Shown in pieces: positions 41,015-51,682 of a stretch of 64,000 nt of DNA; within the stretch, counting starts at the first letter, position 1; every line of letters starts with the position of its first letter. The position numbers were made by a program, and so were the translations under genes. The stretch is from contig CAVSDR010000003.1 of assembly GCA_963726745.1 (NCBI GenBank), forward strand, positions 800,001-864,000. The letters are read 5' to 3'. Origin of the DNA: an uncultured Verrucomicrobiae bacterium. Its GTDB lineage: Bacteria; Verrucomicrobiota; Verrucomicrobiia; Chthoniobacterales; UBA10450. Under the pieces are notes generated by a model that saw only the letters and a program-made list of their open reading frames with translations, did no database searches and was not told the DNA's origin.

Positions 41015-44000
41015 CTAGGGCGCGGGCTCGACCCGGTAGAAGCCGCGCGGCTGCAGGACCGCGCCGAAATCAGTCAGCAAGATGTCGCCCCCGGTGCCGA
41101 TGAGTTGGTCCTCGAAGAGGCTCCAGGGCGCCCCCAGGAAATCCTCCCGCAAGTCGAGCCGATAGGTGCGCCCGGCCACGCTGCGAAAGGCGAGCACGAC
41201 GTCGTTCCCGTCGCGCAGGACCGCGGTGAAGGCCAGCCGGCTGACGGGATTTTTCGGGTCGGTCCCGGCGCGAAACTCGCGCCCATTGCTCTCACCATCG
41301 CCATCGAAATCATCCTGCGCGCGGGAGCGATCGCTCGCGAGGCCGGCGGCGTGGCCGAAATGCGCCAGCATGTAGCCATCGGGGAGGCCATCGCCATCGA
41401 CGTCGCCGCCGGCCACGGCCAGGGGAGCGGAGAAGCTGGAGGTGTTCCCCAGCGGATCGGTCGCGGTCGCAGTCGCCACCACGCCCGGGGAGAGCGCGGT
41501 GGCTAACGAGACGTTGAAGACCAGCTGGCCGCTGCCGTCGGTCGTGCGATTGATCGTGCCGAGGAAGGTGCGGCCCTGGCTGCCGCTGGCGCTCGCGAAA
41601 AACTCCAGCCGATAGCTCGTGCCGGCGGCGCTCGTGAGGCTGCCGGCAAGATCGCAGCCGTCGGGATTTCCCGGTGGGCTGGCCGTGGCCGCGCTCAGCA
41701 CCGGTGCCGCTTGCAGGTTGTTCCCGCCGCCGAAGAGTCCGATGCCGTTGAAGGCGTTGGCAAAAATGGAGTTGCCCGAGACCGTGTTCCGCACGGGGTT
41801 TAGATCGCCAATGGTGACGCCGTCGCCCTGGTTGCCAGCGATGAGATTGCTCGCGCCCGCGGTGCTCCCGCCGATGAGGTTCCCGCTGGCGCCCTGGTAA
41901 ATCCCCACGCCGGAGAAGGCGTTGCCTAACGAGACGGTGCCGGTGGCATCGAAGCCGATGGTGTTGCCCTGGACGACATTCCCATCGGACCCGGCGCCCA
42001 GGATAATGATCCCGCTGTTTAAATTCCCGGAGATGACGTTGCGGGCGCCGGCGCGGCCGCCGATCTGATTGCCGTGCGCGCCGCCGAAGATGCCGACGCC
42101 GGAGAAGTGGTTGCCTAACGAGCCCTGGCCGGTGGCATCGGTGCCGATGTAATTTCCCTGGACAGCGTTGTTCGAGGTCGCGCCATCGAAGAAGGCGAGG
42201 CCATCGCCGCCATTCCCGGAGATGAGGTTGCGCTGGGTGGGCGAGCTCCCGCCCACGAGGTTGAGCTGCGCGCCGTCGAAGAGGGAGACGCCGGCGTAGC
42301 CATTCCCGAGCGCGGCCTGGCCCGTTGAATTCGTGCCGATGAAGTTGCCCTGCACGAGGTTCGAGCTCGTGCCGGGGCCCGCCACGATCACGCCCTCGGC
42401 CGCGTTCCCCGAAAGGAGGTTCCCCGGGCCGATGAGGTTGTTTTTGGCGCCGTCGTAAACCGCCACGCCGGAGTAGCGATAATTATTTGGCACATCCGCG
42501 AAACCGTTTCCCAGCGAGGCACTGCCGCTCGCATCGGTGCCGATGAAATTACCCTGCACATTGTTGTGCTCGGTGCCGAAGCCGCTCACGGCGATGCCGC
42601 CGCCGGCGTTCCCCGAGATGAGGTTGCGCGCCGCCGCCGTCGCCCCGCCGATGAGGTTATCGTGGGCGCCGCCGTAAAGGCTCACGCCGGGATAGAAAAT
42701 GTGATTCACCGGATCGAGGAAACCGTTCCCGGCCGCGCTGGTGCCCGCGGCGTCGGTGCCGAGGTAATTTCCGGCCACGACATTGCCGGTGGCGCTACTC
42801 CCATAGAGGAGCACGCCAGCGAGGTTGAACCCGCGGATGACAAGATTGCGCAAGGCGCAGCCGCTCTCCCGCAGCACGAAACCCGCGGCGCTCACCAAGC
42901 CGTCGTTCTTCATCAGGGAACCATCGAGCACCACCTCCGGGCCGGCGGGATTCGTATTGCCGGAGAAACTGGTCTGCGTGGCGCCGTCGAGAGTGGTCCC
43001 GGCGCCGGGCGCGGTCAGGAGTGACGTCGGTTGAATCGTGAACACGCCGCCGGCAAAACCGGGATCGCTCGCAGGGATGTTGAAGACGAGGACGGTCGGC
43101 AAAGGCGAGAGCGCCATCGCGCGATCGACACTGAAATAGAGCGCGCTGCGCAAGCTGCCCGGGCCGCTATCGCGCGTGTTCGTGATCACCGCGCTCGGCA
43201 ATGGCGAGGGCGCGCCATAGACCGCGCCGAGCCCGGCGCGGTCGAGCGTGCTCAAGGTGCGGTCGAAGACGTTCCCCATGAGATCGGCAAACTGCGCGTA
43301 AGCCGGCAAGGGCGTGATCGTGTCCACCTTCGGATCGAGCGCGAGCGCGTTCCGCCGGTAGTGCATCACCGAGAGAAAGTCGTAGCTGCCCTGCGCCGTC
43401 GAGCCGGGGACGATGGTAAAGTTTGGCTGATCGGCCGGGGCGATATTGCTGAAATTGATTGTGACGTAGCTGTCGCGATCGGTCCGCTGCATCTCGTGCC
43501 ACAGCCCAAGCGCATGGCCGGCCTCGTGGCAAATGGTGCCGCGGTTCCACGCGTTCGGCCCGAACTCGAGGAACTGTTCCCCGCCAGCCATCCCGACAGC
43601 GCTGGAATAGCCGCCGCCTAACGAGTTGTTCTGCCGGACGGTGACGTAGTTTGCCTGCGCGCTGGTCGACTCGAGGAATTGCACCCCGGCCCAGGCCTCC
43701 CACTCGCGCACGCTGTCGCGGAATTGCCGCATCTTCGCCGCGGTGATGGTGCCGTTCGTGACCTGCGCGGGATCGAAGCGGAATGGAATCTTGCCCGCCG
43801 TCCATTTGAAGGCCGAGCCGCCGGGCGTGACCGCGTCGGTCTCGAGCTTGCGGCCGCGGCCGTCGCGCTGGGCGAGCAATTGCTCCCGCCAGGCGCGCAG
43901 CTGCGCCGGCCGCACACCCACATCGCCAAAGCGGAGCACGCGCGCGCCTTTTTCCTGCGTGGCCAGCAGGCGATCGTAGACCGCCAGGTCGTCGTCAAAA

Positions 44001-44080
44001 CCGGCGGCCCGGGTCGAGGAGAACGCTGCGAACGCGAGCCACGCGGTCGCACACCAGCACCGCAGTTGTGCATTTTTCAT
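41015..44080 (-). CDS. Secreted astacin (M12A) metalloprotease with parallel beta-helix repeats
   Basis: HEAGHALGLWHEMQRTDRD, Met-turn SVMHY, repeated GNxIGTDAxG/NLISGN, C-terminal DGDG motifs and FYRV. Confidence 0.9.
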   Translation of the reverse strand: MKNAQLRCWCATAWLAFAAFSSTRAAGFDDDLAVYDRLLATQEKGARVLRFGDVGVRPAQLRAWREQLLAQRDGRGRKLETDAVTPGGSAFKWTAGKIPFRFDPAQVTNGTITAAKMRQFRDSVREWEAWAGVQFLESTSAQANYVTVRQNNSLGGGYSSAVGMAGGEQFLEFGPNAWNRGTICHEAGHALGLWHEMQRTDRDSYVTINFSNIAPADQPNFTIVPGSTAQGSYDFLSVMHYRRNALALDPKVDTITPLPAYAQFADLMGNVFDRTLSTLDRAGLGAVYGAPSPLPSAVITNTRDSGPGSLRSALYFSVDRAMALSPLPTVLVFNIPASDPGFAGGVFTIQPTSLLTAPGAGTTLDGATQTSFSGNTNPAGPEVVLDGSLMKNDGLVSAAGFVLRESGCALRNLVIRGFNLAGVLLYGSSATGNVVAGNYLGTDAAGTSAAGNGFLDPVNHIFYPGVSLYGGAHDNLIGGATAAARNLISGNAGGGIAVSGFGTEHNNVQGNFIGTDASGSASLGNGFADVPNNYRYSGVAVYDGAKNNLIGPGNLLSGNAAEGVIVAGPGTSSNLVQGNFIGTNSTGQAALGNGYAGVSLFDGAQLNLVGGSSPTQRNLISGNGGDGLAFFDGATSNNAVQGNYIGTDATGQGSLGNHFSGVGIFGGAHGNQIGGRAGARNVISGNLNSGIIILGAGSDGNVVQGNTIGFDATGTVSLGNAFSGVGIYQGASGNLIGGSTAGASNLIAGNQGDGVTIGDLNPVRNTVSGNSIFANAFNGIGLFGGGNNLQAAPVLSAATASPPGNPDGCDLAGSLTSAAGTSYRLEFFASASGSQGRTFLGTINRTTDGSGQLVFNVSLATALSPGVVATATATDPLGNTSSFSAPLAVAGGDVDGDGLPDGYMLAHFGHAAGLASDRSRAQDDFDGDGESNGREFRAGTDPKNPVSRLAFTAVLRDGNDVVLAFRSVAGRTYRLDLREDFLGAPWSLFEDQLIGTGGDILLTDFGAVLQPRGFYRVEPAP

Positions 44081-44150
44081 GGGAGAATTTTCCTTTCGCC
44101 CGCGACCCGGCAGCATGCCGGAAAAGCCCCTCTCCTGGCAAGCTCGCTGA

Positions 44151-44447
44151 CTAAAACGCGAGCGCGCCGCGGAGGTAAAACGCGAGGAACGCCAGGAGGA
44201 GGCCGATCGCCGCCAGCCACCAGATCCAGCGCAGGCCGTGCGGCCGCGGCGATTTGCCGCCAAACTCGCGCGCAACGAACTCCTCGTAATCGAAATCGTC
44301 GTCGGCCTCGGGCAGGTCGAGCGCGTCCACGTGCGCTGCATCTTCGCGCCAGCCGGAGCGTTCATCCGCGCCGCACTCCGGGCAGGCGAGGGCGCGCGGC
44401 GGGACCTCTTCGCCGCAGACTGGACAAATTTCGGGCGCGCGGCTCAT
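44151..44447 (-). CDS. Small zinc-ribbon membrane protein
   Basis: CPVC...CPEC, acidic linker, C-terminal TM helix; overlaps the DUF3052 stop. Confidence 0.8.
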   Translation of the reverse strand: MSRAPEICPVCGEEVPPRALACPECGADERSGWREDAAHVDALDLPEADDDFDYEEFVAREFGGKSPRPHGLRWIWWLAAIGLLLAFLAFYLRGALAF

Positions 44448-44852
44448 CGCAATTCGCGCCGGACGACAAATTTCAAAGCCGACCAAGTGGCGTCGACCGC
44501 ACAGACTTTGATGTCGACCAACCCCAGCGGGAGAATGATCTCGCGCAGCAAATCCTCGGTGAGGTCGGTAGCCACGCCGGACGTTTTTTTCGGCCAGGAA
44601 ATCCAGAGCGCCGCGTCCGGCGCGATCTCTGGGCGCAAAGCCACGAGCCGCTTTTCGAGCGCCGCGCGCGAAGTCACGAAACAGGTGAACCAGCTGGCTA
44701 TTTTTCCCGGGGCGCGCCGACCAGGCGATCGTCTGCTCGGCCGGCAACTCGAGGAGCGCGCGGTAATTCTCCGGCGGATGCTCGACCGCGACGCGCAGGC
44801 CATCGCGGTAACCGAGTTTCTTCCAGAGCGGAGTCTGCGAGTAGCCGGCCAT
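44444..44852 (-). CDS. DUF3052 family protein, frameshifted near 44680
   Basis: MAGYSQTPLWKKLG, then after one extra T: WISWPKKTSGVATDL, GLVDIKVCAVD, WSALK. Confidence 0.85.
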
Positions 44853-44920
44853 AGGTGCGGGTTGCGAGGGTTGCCGAACGATTGGAGCATGACCTCGCCT
44901 ACGCCGGCCACTTCTATTTT

Positions 44921-47014
44921 ATGAACGCAAAACTTCTTCTCGTCCTCCTCGCCTTCGCCGCGCACGCCCACGCGCAAAGTCCGTCGCCCGCGCCCGCGGC
45001 CGGGAAGCGCGCTTTCACTTTCGAGGACATGATGAAGCTGAAACGCGTGGGCGCGGCGGCGCCGTCGCCCGATGGCAAATGGGTCGTCTTCGACGCGGTC
45101 GACGTCGACCTGGCGGAGAATTCCAAGAAGTCGCACCTCTGGATTGTGCCTGCGGCTGGCGGCGAGGCGCGGCGTTTGAACCGGACGGAAAACCAGGAAG
45201 AGCGGCCGCGTTTTTCCCCTGATGGGAAGCAGCTCATCTTCACTTCGAAAGCAACCGATCCGACGCAGATCTGGATGGCTGATTTCGACAACGCAGCCGG
45301 CGCGATCAAGGGCGCGCCGCATCAGGTGACGAATCTTTCCACCGGCGCTGATGGCGGGATTTGGTCGCCGGACGGGAAGCACATCGTTTTCCTCTCGAGC
45401 GTTTATCCGGAGTGCAAAGACGATGCCTGCAACAAACAGCGCGAGGAAGCGCAGGCGAAGAGCAAGGTGAAGGCGAAGATTTTCACCCGGCTCTTCACGC
45501 GCCACTGGAGCAGCTACAGCGATTTCAAGCGCAGCCATCTCTTTGTGATCAGCGAGCACTCGCGCGCGGAGCAACCGGAGAGCACGCCGGCGATGGATTT
45601 GACCCCGGGCGACCACGACGTCCCGCCGTTTAATCTTGGCGCGCCGGACATGTATGCGGTCTCGCCCGACGGCCAGGAAGTGGCCTACACGAGCAACGTC
45701 GACGCGCAGGAAGCCACGAGCACAAACAACGAGATTTTCCTGGTCCCGATCACCGGCGGCACACCGAAGAAAATTTCCACCAGCCCCGGGAATGATCACA
45801 CCCCGCGTTACTCGCCCGATGGAAAGTTGCTCGCCTGGCTCTCGATGGAACGCGCTGGCTTCGAGGCCGACCGGAACCGGTTGATGATTTACCAGCGAGA
45901 TGGCGGCGCGCTGCGCGAGGCGACGGCGGGCTGGGATCGCTCAGTCGGGAGCTACCTCTGGACGACCGATTCGGCCGGCTTTCTCCTCGCTGCCGAAGAT
46001 CACGGCGAGGCGCCGATTTACTCGCTCGCGCTTGAAGGCAAGCCGAAGGAGCTCGCACGCCTGCATGCGGATGACCTGGCGCTGCCGGCCGATGGCAAGA
46101 CGCTTTTCTTCAGCCGCGTTTCCGCGACCGCGCCGAGCGAAATCTGGCGGCTCGATCTCTCCTCCAACCAGCCGGCGGCGGTCACGAAAATCAACGACGC
46201 GCTGCTGGCCGGGATCGCGCTGCAACCGCTGGAGCCATTCACTTTCAAAGGCGCGAAAGGCGAGGAGGTCCAGGGGTTCCTGGTCAAGCCGCCGAACTTC
46301 CAGCCTAACGAGAAGTATCCCCTGAAGTTTTTGATCCACGGCGGGCCGCAAGGCGCCTGGGGCAATAGCTGGAGCTACCGCTGGAACCCGCAGCTCTTCG
46401 CCGCCAGCGGCAACTACGTCGTGGTCATGATCAACTTCCACGGCTCCACCGGCTACGGGCAGAAATTTACCGACGCGATCAGCGGCGACTGGGGCGGCGC
46501 GCCCTACGAGGATTTAATGAAAGGGCTCGACTACGCGGAGCAGACCTACCCATTCATCGACCAGACGCGCGAGGCTGCGCTCGGCGCGAGCTACGGCGGC
46601 TACATGGCGAACTGGATCATGGGCCACACCGATCGCTTCCGCTGCATCGTCTCGCACGATGGGATGTTCAATACCGAGGCCGCTTACGGGACCACCGAGG
46701 AGCTTTGGTTCCCGGAGTGGGAGTTTAAGGGCACCCCATGGGAGAACCGCGAAAACTACCGCAAATGGTCGCCGCATCTCCACGCCGACAAATTCAAGAC
46801 GCCCACGCTGGTGGTGCATGGTCAGCTCGATTACCGGCTCGATGTAAGCGAAGGCCTCCAGCTCTTCACCACGCTCCAACGCCGCGGCGTTCCCTCGAAG
46901 ATGCTCTACTTCCCGGACGAAGGGCATTGGGTGCTCAAGCCACAGAACGCACAGCTCTGGTATAAAACGGTCAATGACTGGGTCGACCAGTGGTGCGCAG
47001 TGAAGGGGAAATGA
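44921..47014 (+). CDS. S9 family (dipeptidyl-peptidase 5-like) secreted peptidase
   Basis: SPDG propeller repeats, IHGGPQ, GASYGG nucleophile, DYRL, DEGH. Confidence 0.95.
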   Translation: MNAKLLLVLLAFAAHAHAQSPSPAPAAGKRAFTFEDMMKLKRVGAAAPSPDGKWVVFDAVDVDLAENSKKSHLWIVPAAGGEARRLNRTENQEERPRFSPDGKQLIFTSKATDPTQIWMADFDNAAGAIKGAPHQVTNLSTGADGGIWSPDGKHIVFLSSVYPECKDDACNKQREEAQAKSKVKAKIFTRLFTRHWSSYSDFKRSHLFVISEHSRAEQPESTPAMDLTPGDHDVPPFNLGAPDMYAVSPDGQEVAYTSNVDAQEATSTNNEIFLVPITGGTPKKISTSPGNDHTPRYSPDGKLLAWLSMERAGFEADRNRLMIYQRDGGALREATAGWDRSVGSYLWTTDSAGFLLAAEDHGEAPIYSLALEGKPKELARLHADDLALPADGKTLFFSRVSATAPSEIWRLDLSSNQPAAVTKINDALLAGIALQPLEPFTFKGAKGEEVQGFLVKPPNFQPNEKYPLKFLIHGGPQGAWGNSWSYRWNPQLFAASGNYVVVMINFHGSTGYGQKFTDAISGDWGGAPYEDLMKGLDYAEQTYPFIDQTREAALGASYGGYMANWIMGHTDRFRCIVSHDGMFNTEAAYGTTEELWFPEWEFKGTPWENRENYRKWSPHLHADKFKTPTLVVHGQLDYRLDVSEGLQLFTTLQRRGVPSKMLYFPDEGHWVLKPQNAQLWYKTVNDWVDQWCAVKGK

Positions 47015-47056
47015 TTGCCCGGTCGCAAATGAGATGATATTTTGTCTCAAATGAAA
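47015..47056 (+). promoter_or_regulatory. Putative sigma70 promoter and tandem operators of the toxin-antitoxin operon
   Basis: TTGCCC-N17-TATTTT; near-palindromes GTCGCAAATGAGA (47022) and GTCTCAAATGAAA (47044). Confidence 0.6.
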
Positions 47057-47446
47057 GCCGGCAGCCGCAAGCTCCTCACGCCGCAGCAATTGGTTCAAGT
47101 GGTCCAGAAAGGTCTGGATTTGGGCGAATTGGAAAAACTGCGCGCCGAGCTCGGCTTGCCGCTCGATCAACTGGCGGAAAAACTCGGGATCGCCCGCGCC
47201 ACCTTGCATCGGCGGAAAGCAGCCGGCCGCCTCGGGCTTGATGAGTCGGACAAGGTGCTGCGTTTCGCGCGTCTGTTTCACCAGGCGGAGAAGGTCCTCG
47301 GCGGCGCGGAGGAAGCGCGGCAATGGCTGGCCGCTCCGCAGTATGGCCTCGGCGGCGCGGTCCCGCTGGATTACGCCCGCACCGAAGTGGGCGCGCGCGA
47401 AGTGGAGAACCTGCTCGGCGCGATCGAGCACAGCATCTATTACTAA
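47051..47446 (+). CDS. Xre/MbcA/ParS-type antitoxin
   Basis: HTH (LGIARATLHRRK), ESDKVLR, ARQWL, LGGAVPL, GAREVENLL. Confidence 0.92.
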   Translation: MKAGSRKLLTPQQLVQVVQKGLDLGELEKLRAELGLPLDQLAEKLGIARATLHRRKAAGRLGLDESDKVLRFARLFHQAEKVLGGAEEARQWLAAPQYGLGGAVPLDYARTEVGAREVENLLGAIEHSIYY

Positions 47447-47912
47447 ATGCCGGCCGGCTGGCGGATCGTGAAGGCGCCATACGCGGCCGTCGCTTTCAGC
47501 GGCGAAGGCGCACGCCGCTGGCGTGGACGCTGGCACTCGCGCGGGACCGCGGTGGTTTACCTGAGCGAGCACCAATCGCTCGCCGCGCTCGAGCTTTTCG
47601 TGCACCTCCGGCCGCTCCCGGTGCGGGGCGATTACGTGCTCGCGGGCGCGGAGTGGGACGAGGACTTCATGGAGAGCTTGAGCGCGCGGCAATTGCCAGC
47701 GGATTGGCGCCTGCTGCCGCCGGGACCGGCTACGGCTGCGATCGGCGATCGCTGGGTCCGCGAAGCCCGCTCCGCGGTGCTGCGCGTGCCGAGCGCGATC
47801 ATCCCGACGGAGTCGAACTTCCTCTTCAATCCCGCGCACCCCGACTTTCGCCGCATTCGCCTGCGCAAGCCGGCACCGTTCGCCTTCGATCCCGCGGCTG
47901 CTGCCGGCGTGA
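47447..47912 (+). CDS. RES-domain toxin (NAD+-targeting family); true stop probably at 47910-47912 after removing one extra C
   Basis: WRIV, GRWH, VYLSE..LAALE, VPSAI, NFLFNPAH. Deleting one C at 47891-47893 restores FDPRLL and a TGA. Confidence 0.9.
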
Positions 47913-47966
47913 ACCGCGGCGGAGATTGTCTCGCGCCGCGTGAACGGATAGAACGCGCACAGCCCA

Positions 47967-50071
47967 ATGAATTGCTCGCTCCGGATCGTTGGTCTGCTCG
48001 CGCTCATCTCGCTGGCTGTTTCCGCAAACGCCGCGCCGGAGGCGACGCTTGTCCCTTTCCGGTTAGAGGCGCCGCAGGCACAGGCGGTTTTCCTCGCGGG
48101 CGAATTCAATCATTGGAGCACGAGCGCCACCCCGATGCAGCGCGACGGCCAGGGCCGCTGGAGCGTGAGCGTGCCCCTGCTTGAGGGGCAGCACAGCTAC
48201 AAGTTTCTGATCGACGGAAAGTGGGAGATCGATCCGATGAATCCCGAGGTCACGACCGATGGCTTCGGCGGGAAAAACTCGGTCGTGAAGGTGATCGACG
48301 ATCGGATCGATCCGGTAGTCGAGGAGAAGGACGCGGTCGGCGCAGAAGCGGCGCGGCTGCTCGGGCAAGGCGAATTCGCAGCGCTCGAAAAACGCGCGCA
48401 GGAATATCGCGAAACCAAGGCGTGCTATTCCGATGGCCTCTGGATGTTGACCAATTTCTACGACGGCTTGGGCGCGGAAAACGAAATGCGCGACCATGCG
48501 GATTGGCAGCCTTGGTTTGAAAAAATCGAGCGCTGGGGCCGCGAGTTTCCCGAATCGATCACGCAGCCGGTGGTATTGGCAAACGGCTGGCGCAAGTATG
48601 CCGAAGAGGCGCGGAGCGTGGCGCCGCCGGGCGATGAAAAGGCGCGCGCCACTGGCCAGGGAACGCCTCGCAAAAGCGCGCACCATCCTTAAGGCGGCCG
48701 AGAATTTGCCAGCGCGTTGTCCGGTCTGGTATTCGGCCATGCAACAGCTCGCGCTCGCGCAGGGCTGGGAGCGCGAGGAATTCGAAAAGCTGCTGGCCGC
48801 GGCTGCGGGCGCGGAGCCGACCTACTATTCCTATTACGCGAATGCGGCGCTCTATTTTCAGGGCCAGGGGCGCGGCGCGTGGGAGAAAGTGGCGGAAGAG
48901 GCAGCCGAGAAATACGATCCCGCGGAAGGCATGGCCGCGTATGCGCGCACCGTTTGGTTCATGGAGCCGCGCTTCGGGAACCTCTTCGCGGAATCGGTCG
49001 TCGCCTGGCCGAAGCTGCGCCAGGGCTTTCTCGAGATCGAGAAGCGCTACCCGAATTCGCGTTGGAATTTAAATGCCTTTTGCCGCTTTGCGGTCCGCGC
49101 GGGCGACCGGCAAACAGCCAGCGAGCTCTTCGCTCGCATCGGCGCGAAGGGCGACCCGGATTGGGGCGGCTACGCGAGCTATGAGATGGCGCGGCTCTGG
49201 GCCGACCCGGCGACGCCTTCCTGGCGGATCGCTCCCATCCGCACGCTCAAGCCGAAATCGATCGTGCACGCCCTCGCCTTCTCGCCGGATGGCGGTGGTG
49301 TTTTCCGCCGATGGCAAGATGCTCGCGGCTGGGGCCGGTCAAACCTGGCGACCGACGGAGCCGGGCGTGGCCAAGGTCTGGGAAGTCTCGAGCAAACAAG
49401 AGATCGCCGCGGGCAAACCCACCGGCGTGGTCTGGAAAGTCGCCTTCACCCCGGATGGCAAAACCCTCGCGCTCTCCGGCGGGCAATGGGAAAGCCAGGC
49501 CGAGTCGAGCCTGCTCGACCTGGCGACGAAACAACTCCGCGCGCTTCCCTGGACTACGGGGCACGATCACGTGCTCAAGGGCGTGGCCATCTCGCCGGAT
49601 GGGGAGTCGCTGGTGACGGATTGTTATCAATCGATCACGGTCTGGAGTTTGACCGAGAACCGCGTTGTCTTCGAGCAGCGGAAGGTGCTGAAGGATTTCG
49701 TCCTAAAGCTCGCCTTCGCGCCCGACGGCAAAACGCTCGTGACCTGCGGCGCACCGATGCGCGGGCACAATGATGCCGAGCCGGGCGAGCTCACGCTCTG
49801 GGACACGACAACATGGAAACCGCGCAGCCCGCGCGCGCAAACCGATGCCGGCGGTCTGGTGGCGGTGGCTTATTCCGCTGATGGAAAGTGGATCGCGGGC
49901 GGCGGCTACGATCGTGCGGTCCACGTCTGGGACGCAGCGACCTTGGAGTCGAAAGTGATCTACCTCGGACACGAGGACATGATTGATGCGGTCGCCTTCT
50001 CGCCCGATGGCGCCATCCTGGCCTCCGGCGGCTACGACGGCACGATCAAGCTCTGGCGTTTCCCTCGTTAG
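47967..50071 (+). CDS. Secreted multidomain protein: CBM48/AMPK-beta-like domain, DUF4034-like helical domain and WD40 repeats; two frame breaks (about 48655 and about 49295)
   Basis: VFLAGEFNHW...YKFLIDGKWEIDP (CBM48); helical region in ORF 48496; FSPDG/GGYDG WD40 repeats in ORF 49073. Confidence 0.7.
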
Positions 50072-50183
50072 GCCGAAATTTAGCCTACTCGTTGTCCGCC
50101 GGGGGAGGAAGTGCTTGGCCGGCACGCCTGTTGACCAATCAAGCGTTGAGAGATTGGGCGATTGCGCCAAAATTACCCTCCCG

Positions 50184-51638
50184 ATGCAGCCCACCATCCT
50201 GATCGTCGATGACGAGAAGCACACCCGCGATGGCATGCGGCGTTTGCTCGAGGATGAATATGACGTCTATGTCGCGGGCGACATCGCCGGGGCGATGGAT
50301 GTGCTCGAGCGCGACCCAGTCGATGTGCTCATTACCGACCTGCGCCTCGCGGGCGACGACGGGATGAACTTGATCGAGCGCGCGCTGAAGATGGGCCGCC
50401 CGCCGATTTGCATCATGATGACGGCCTACGGCTCGGTCGACACCGCAGTCGAGGCGATGAAGCGCGGGGCCTACGATTTCGTGACCAAGCCGTTGAACCT
50501 CGACAAGCTCGAGATTCTGATCGCGCGCGCGCTCGCTGGACGGAAGATGGAGCAGGAAAATCGCTCCCTCCGCCAGCAGGTGGACGAGCGGTTCGGCCTG
50601 GAAAACATCATCGGCGAATCGCCCGCGCTGCACGAAGTGCTTACCACCATCCGGCAGGTCGCGCCCTCGAATGCAAACGTGCTGCTCGATGGCGAGAGCG
50701 GCACCGGCAAGGAACTGGCGGCGCACGCGATCCACAATCTCAGCCGGCGAAGCAAGGCCAAGTTCGTCGCGGTGCACTGCGCCGCGCTCTCGCCGACGCT
50801 GCTGGAGAGCGAGCTTTTCGGGCACGAGCGCGGCGCTTTCACCGGGGCGCACGAGCGCCGCCTGGGCCGCTTCGAGCAGGCCAACGGCGGCACCATTTTC
50901 CTCGATGAGATCGGCGAGATCGACCCGAGCACGCAGGTGAAATTGCTCCGCGTGATCAGCGAAGAGCGCTCCTTCGAACGCGTGGGCGGGAACCAATTAT
51001 TGAAAGCCGATGTGCGCCTGGTCGCGGCCACCAACAAGGATCTCGCGAAGCTCGTGAGCGAGGGAAAATTCCGCGAGGACCTCTTCTTTCGGCTGAACGT
51101 GGTCCACATCACGATGCCGCCGTTGCGCGACCGGAAAGAGGACATCCCGCTGCTGGTGCGCGGCTTCCTGAAACACTTTTGCCGGGTGAACGATAAGCCG
51201 CTGCTCGACCTGACGAGCGACGCCATGAGCTTGCTGCTGAACCACAATTGGCCCGGAAATGTGCGTGAGCTCCGGACCGCGATCGAGCACGGCGTGGTCA
51301 TGGCCAACGGCCCCAAGATCACCGTGCGCGAGCTGCCCATGAGCGTGCGCCAGAACGCGACCGCGAACTTGCCCGCCGGGATCACGCCGGCGCGCGCCTG
51401 GAGCGAGCGCCCGAGCCCGCTCGACCTCCACGAGACCGAGCGCCGCCTGATCATGCAGGCCCTGGCCACGACCAAGGGGAACATCACCGCCGCGGCAAAA
51501 AAGCTCGGGATTAGCCGGCGCACTCTGCACCGAAAGATCAATGAAATGAACGCCGAAAAGGACGCGGCCACGGCCGCGGAAAATCCCGCAGCGACGGGCG
51601 CCGCGGACGAAGAGATTGCTCGACTTCCCGGGGAATGA
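50184..51638 (+). CDS. Sigma-54-dependent response regulator (NtrC/AtoC family)
   Basis: Receiver (VDDE, TDL, TAYG, KP), GESGTGKE, ESELFGHERGAFTGA, C-terminal Fis-type HTH. Confidence 0.96.
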   Translation: MQPTILIVDDEKHTRDGMRRLLEDEYDVYVAGDIAGAMDVLERDPVDVLITDLRLAGDDGMNLIERALKMGRPPICIMMTAYGSVDTAVEAMKRGAYDFVTKPLNLDKLEILIARALAGRKMEQENRSLRQQVDERFGLENIIGESPALHEVLTTIRQVAPSNANVLLDGESGTGKELAAHAIHNLSRRSKAKFVAVHCAALSPTLLESELFGHERGAFTGAHERRLGRFEQANGGTIFLDEIGEIDPSTQVKLLRVISEERSFERVGGNQLLKADVRLVAATNKDLAKLVSEGKFREDLFFRLNVVHITMPPLRDRKEDIPLLVRGFLKHFCRVNDKPLLDLTSDAMSLLLNHNWPGNVRELRTAIEHGVVMANGPKITVRELPMSVRQNATANLPAGITPARAWSERPSPLDLHETERRLIMQALATTKGNITAAAKKLGISRRTLHRKINEMNAEKDAATAAENPAATGAADEEIARLPGE

Positions 51639-51682
51639 CATCGACAAATCCCGCGTGCTCATCCTGCCGTTAATCTCTCGTC

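Noticed and set aside
44151..44852. A single 233-aa DUF3052/zinc-ribbon fusion protein
   Set aside because: One extra T near 44680 explains it. Correcting it gives two genes with an ATGA-type overlap at 44444-44447.
47913..48184. Extended RES toxin overlapping the next gene
   Set aside because: Removing one C restores the typical FDPRLL end and a stop at 47910-47912.
50116..50136. Sigma-54 promoter upstream of the NtrC-like gene (CGGCACGCCTGTTGAC)
   Set aside because: The -12 element reads TTGA rather than TTGC, so the conserved GC is missing.
19255..51638. The kinase at 19255 and the regulator at 50184 as a cognate pair
   Set aside because: The families are compatible, but the genes are 30 kb apart and nothing in the sequence links them.
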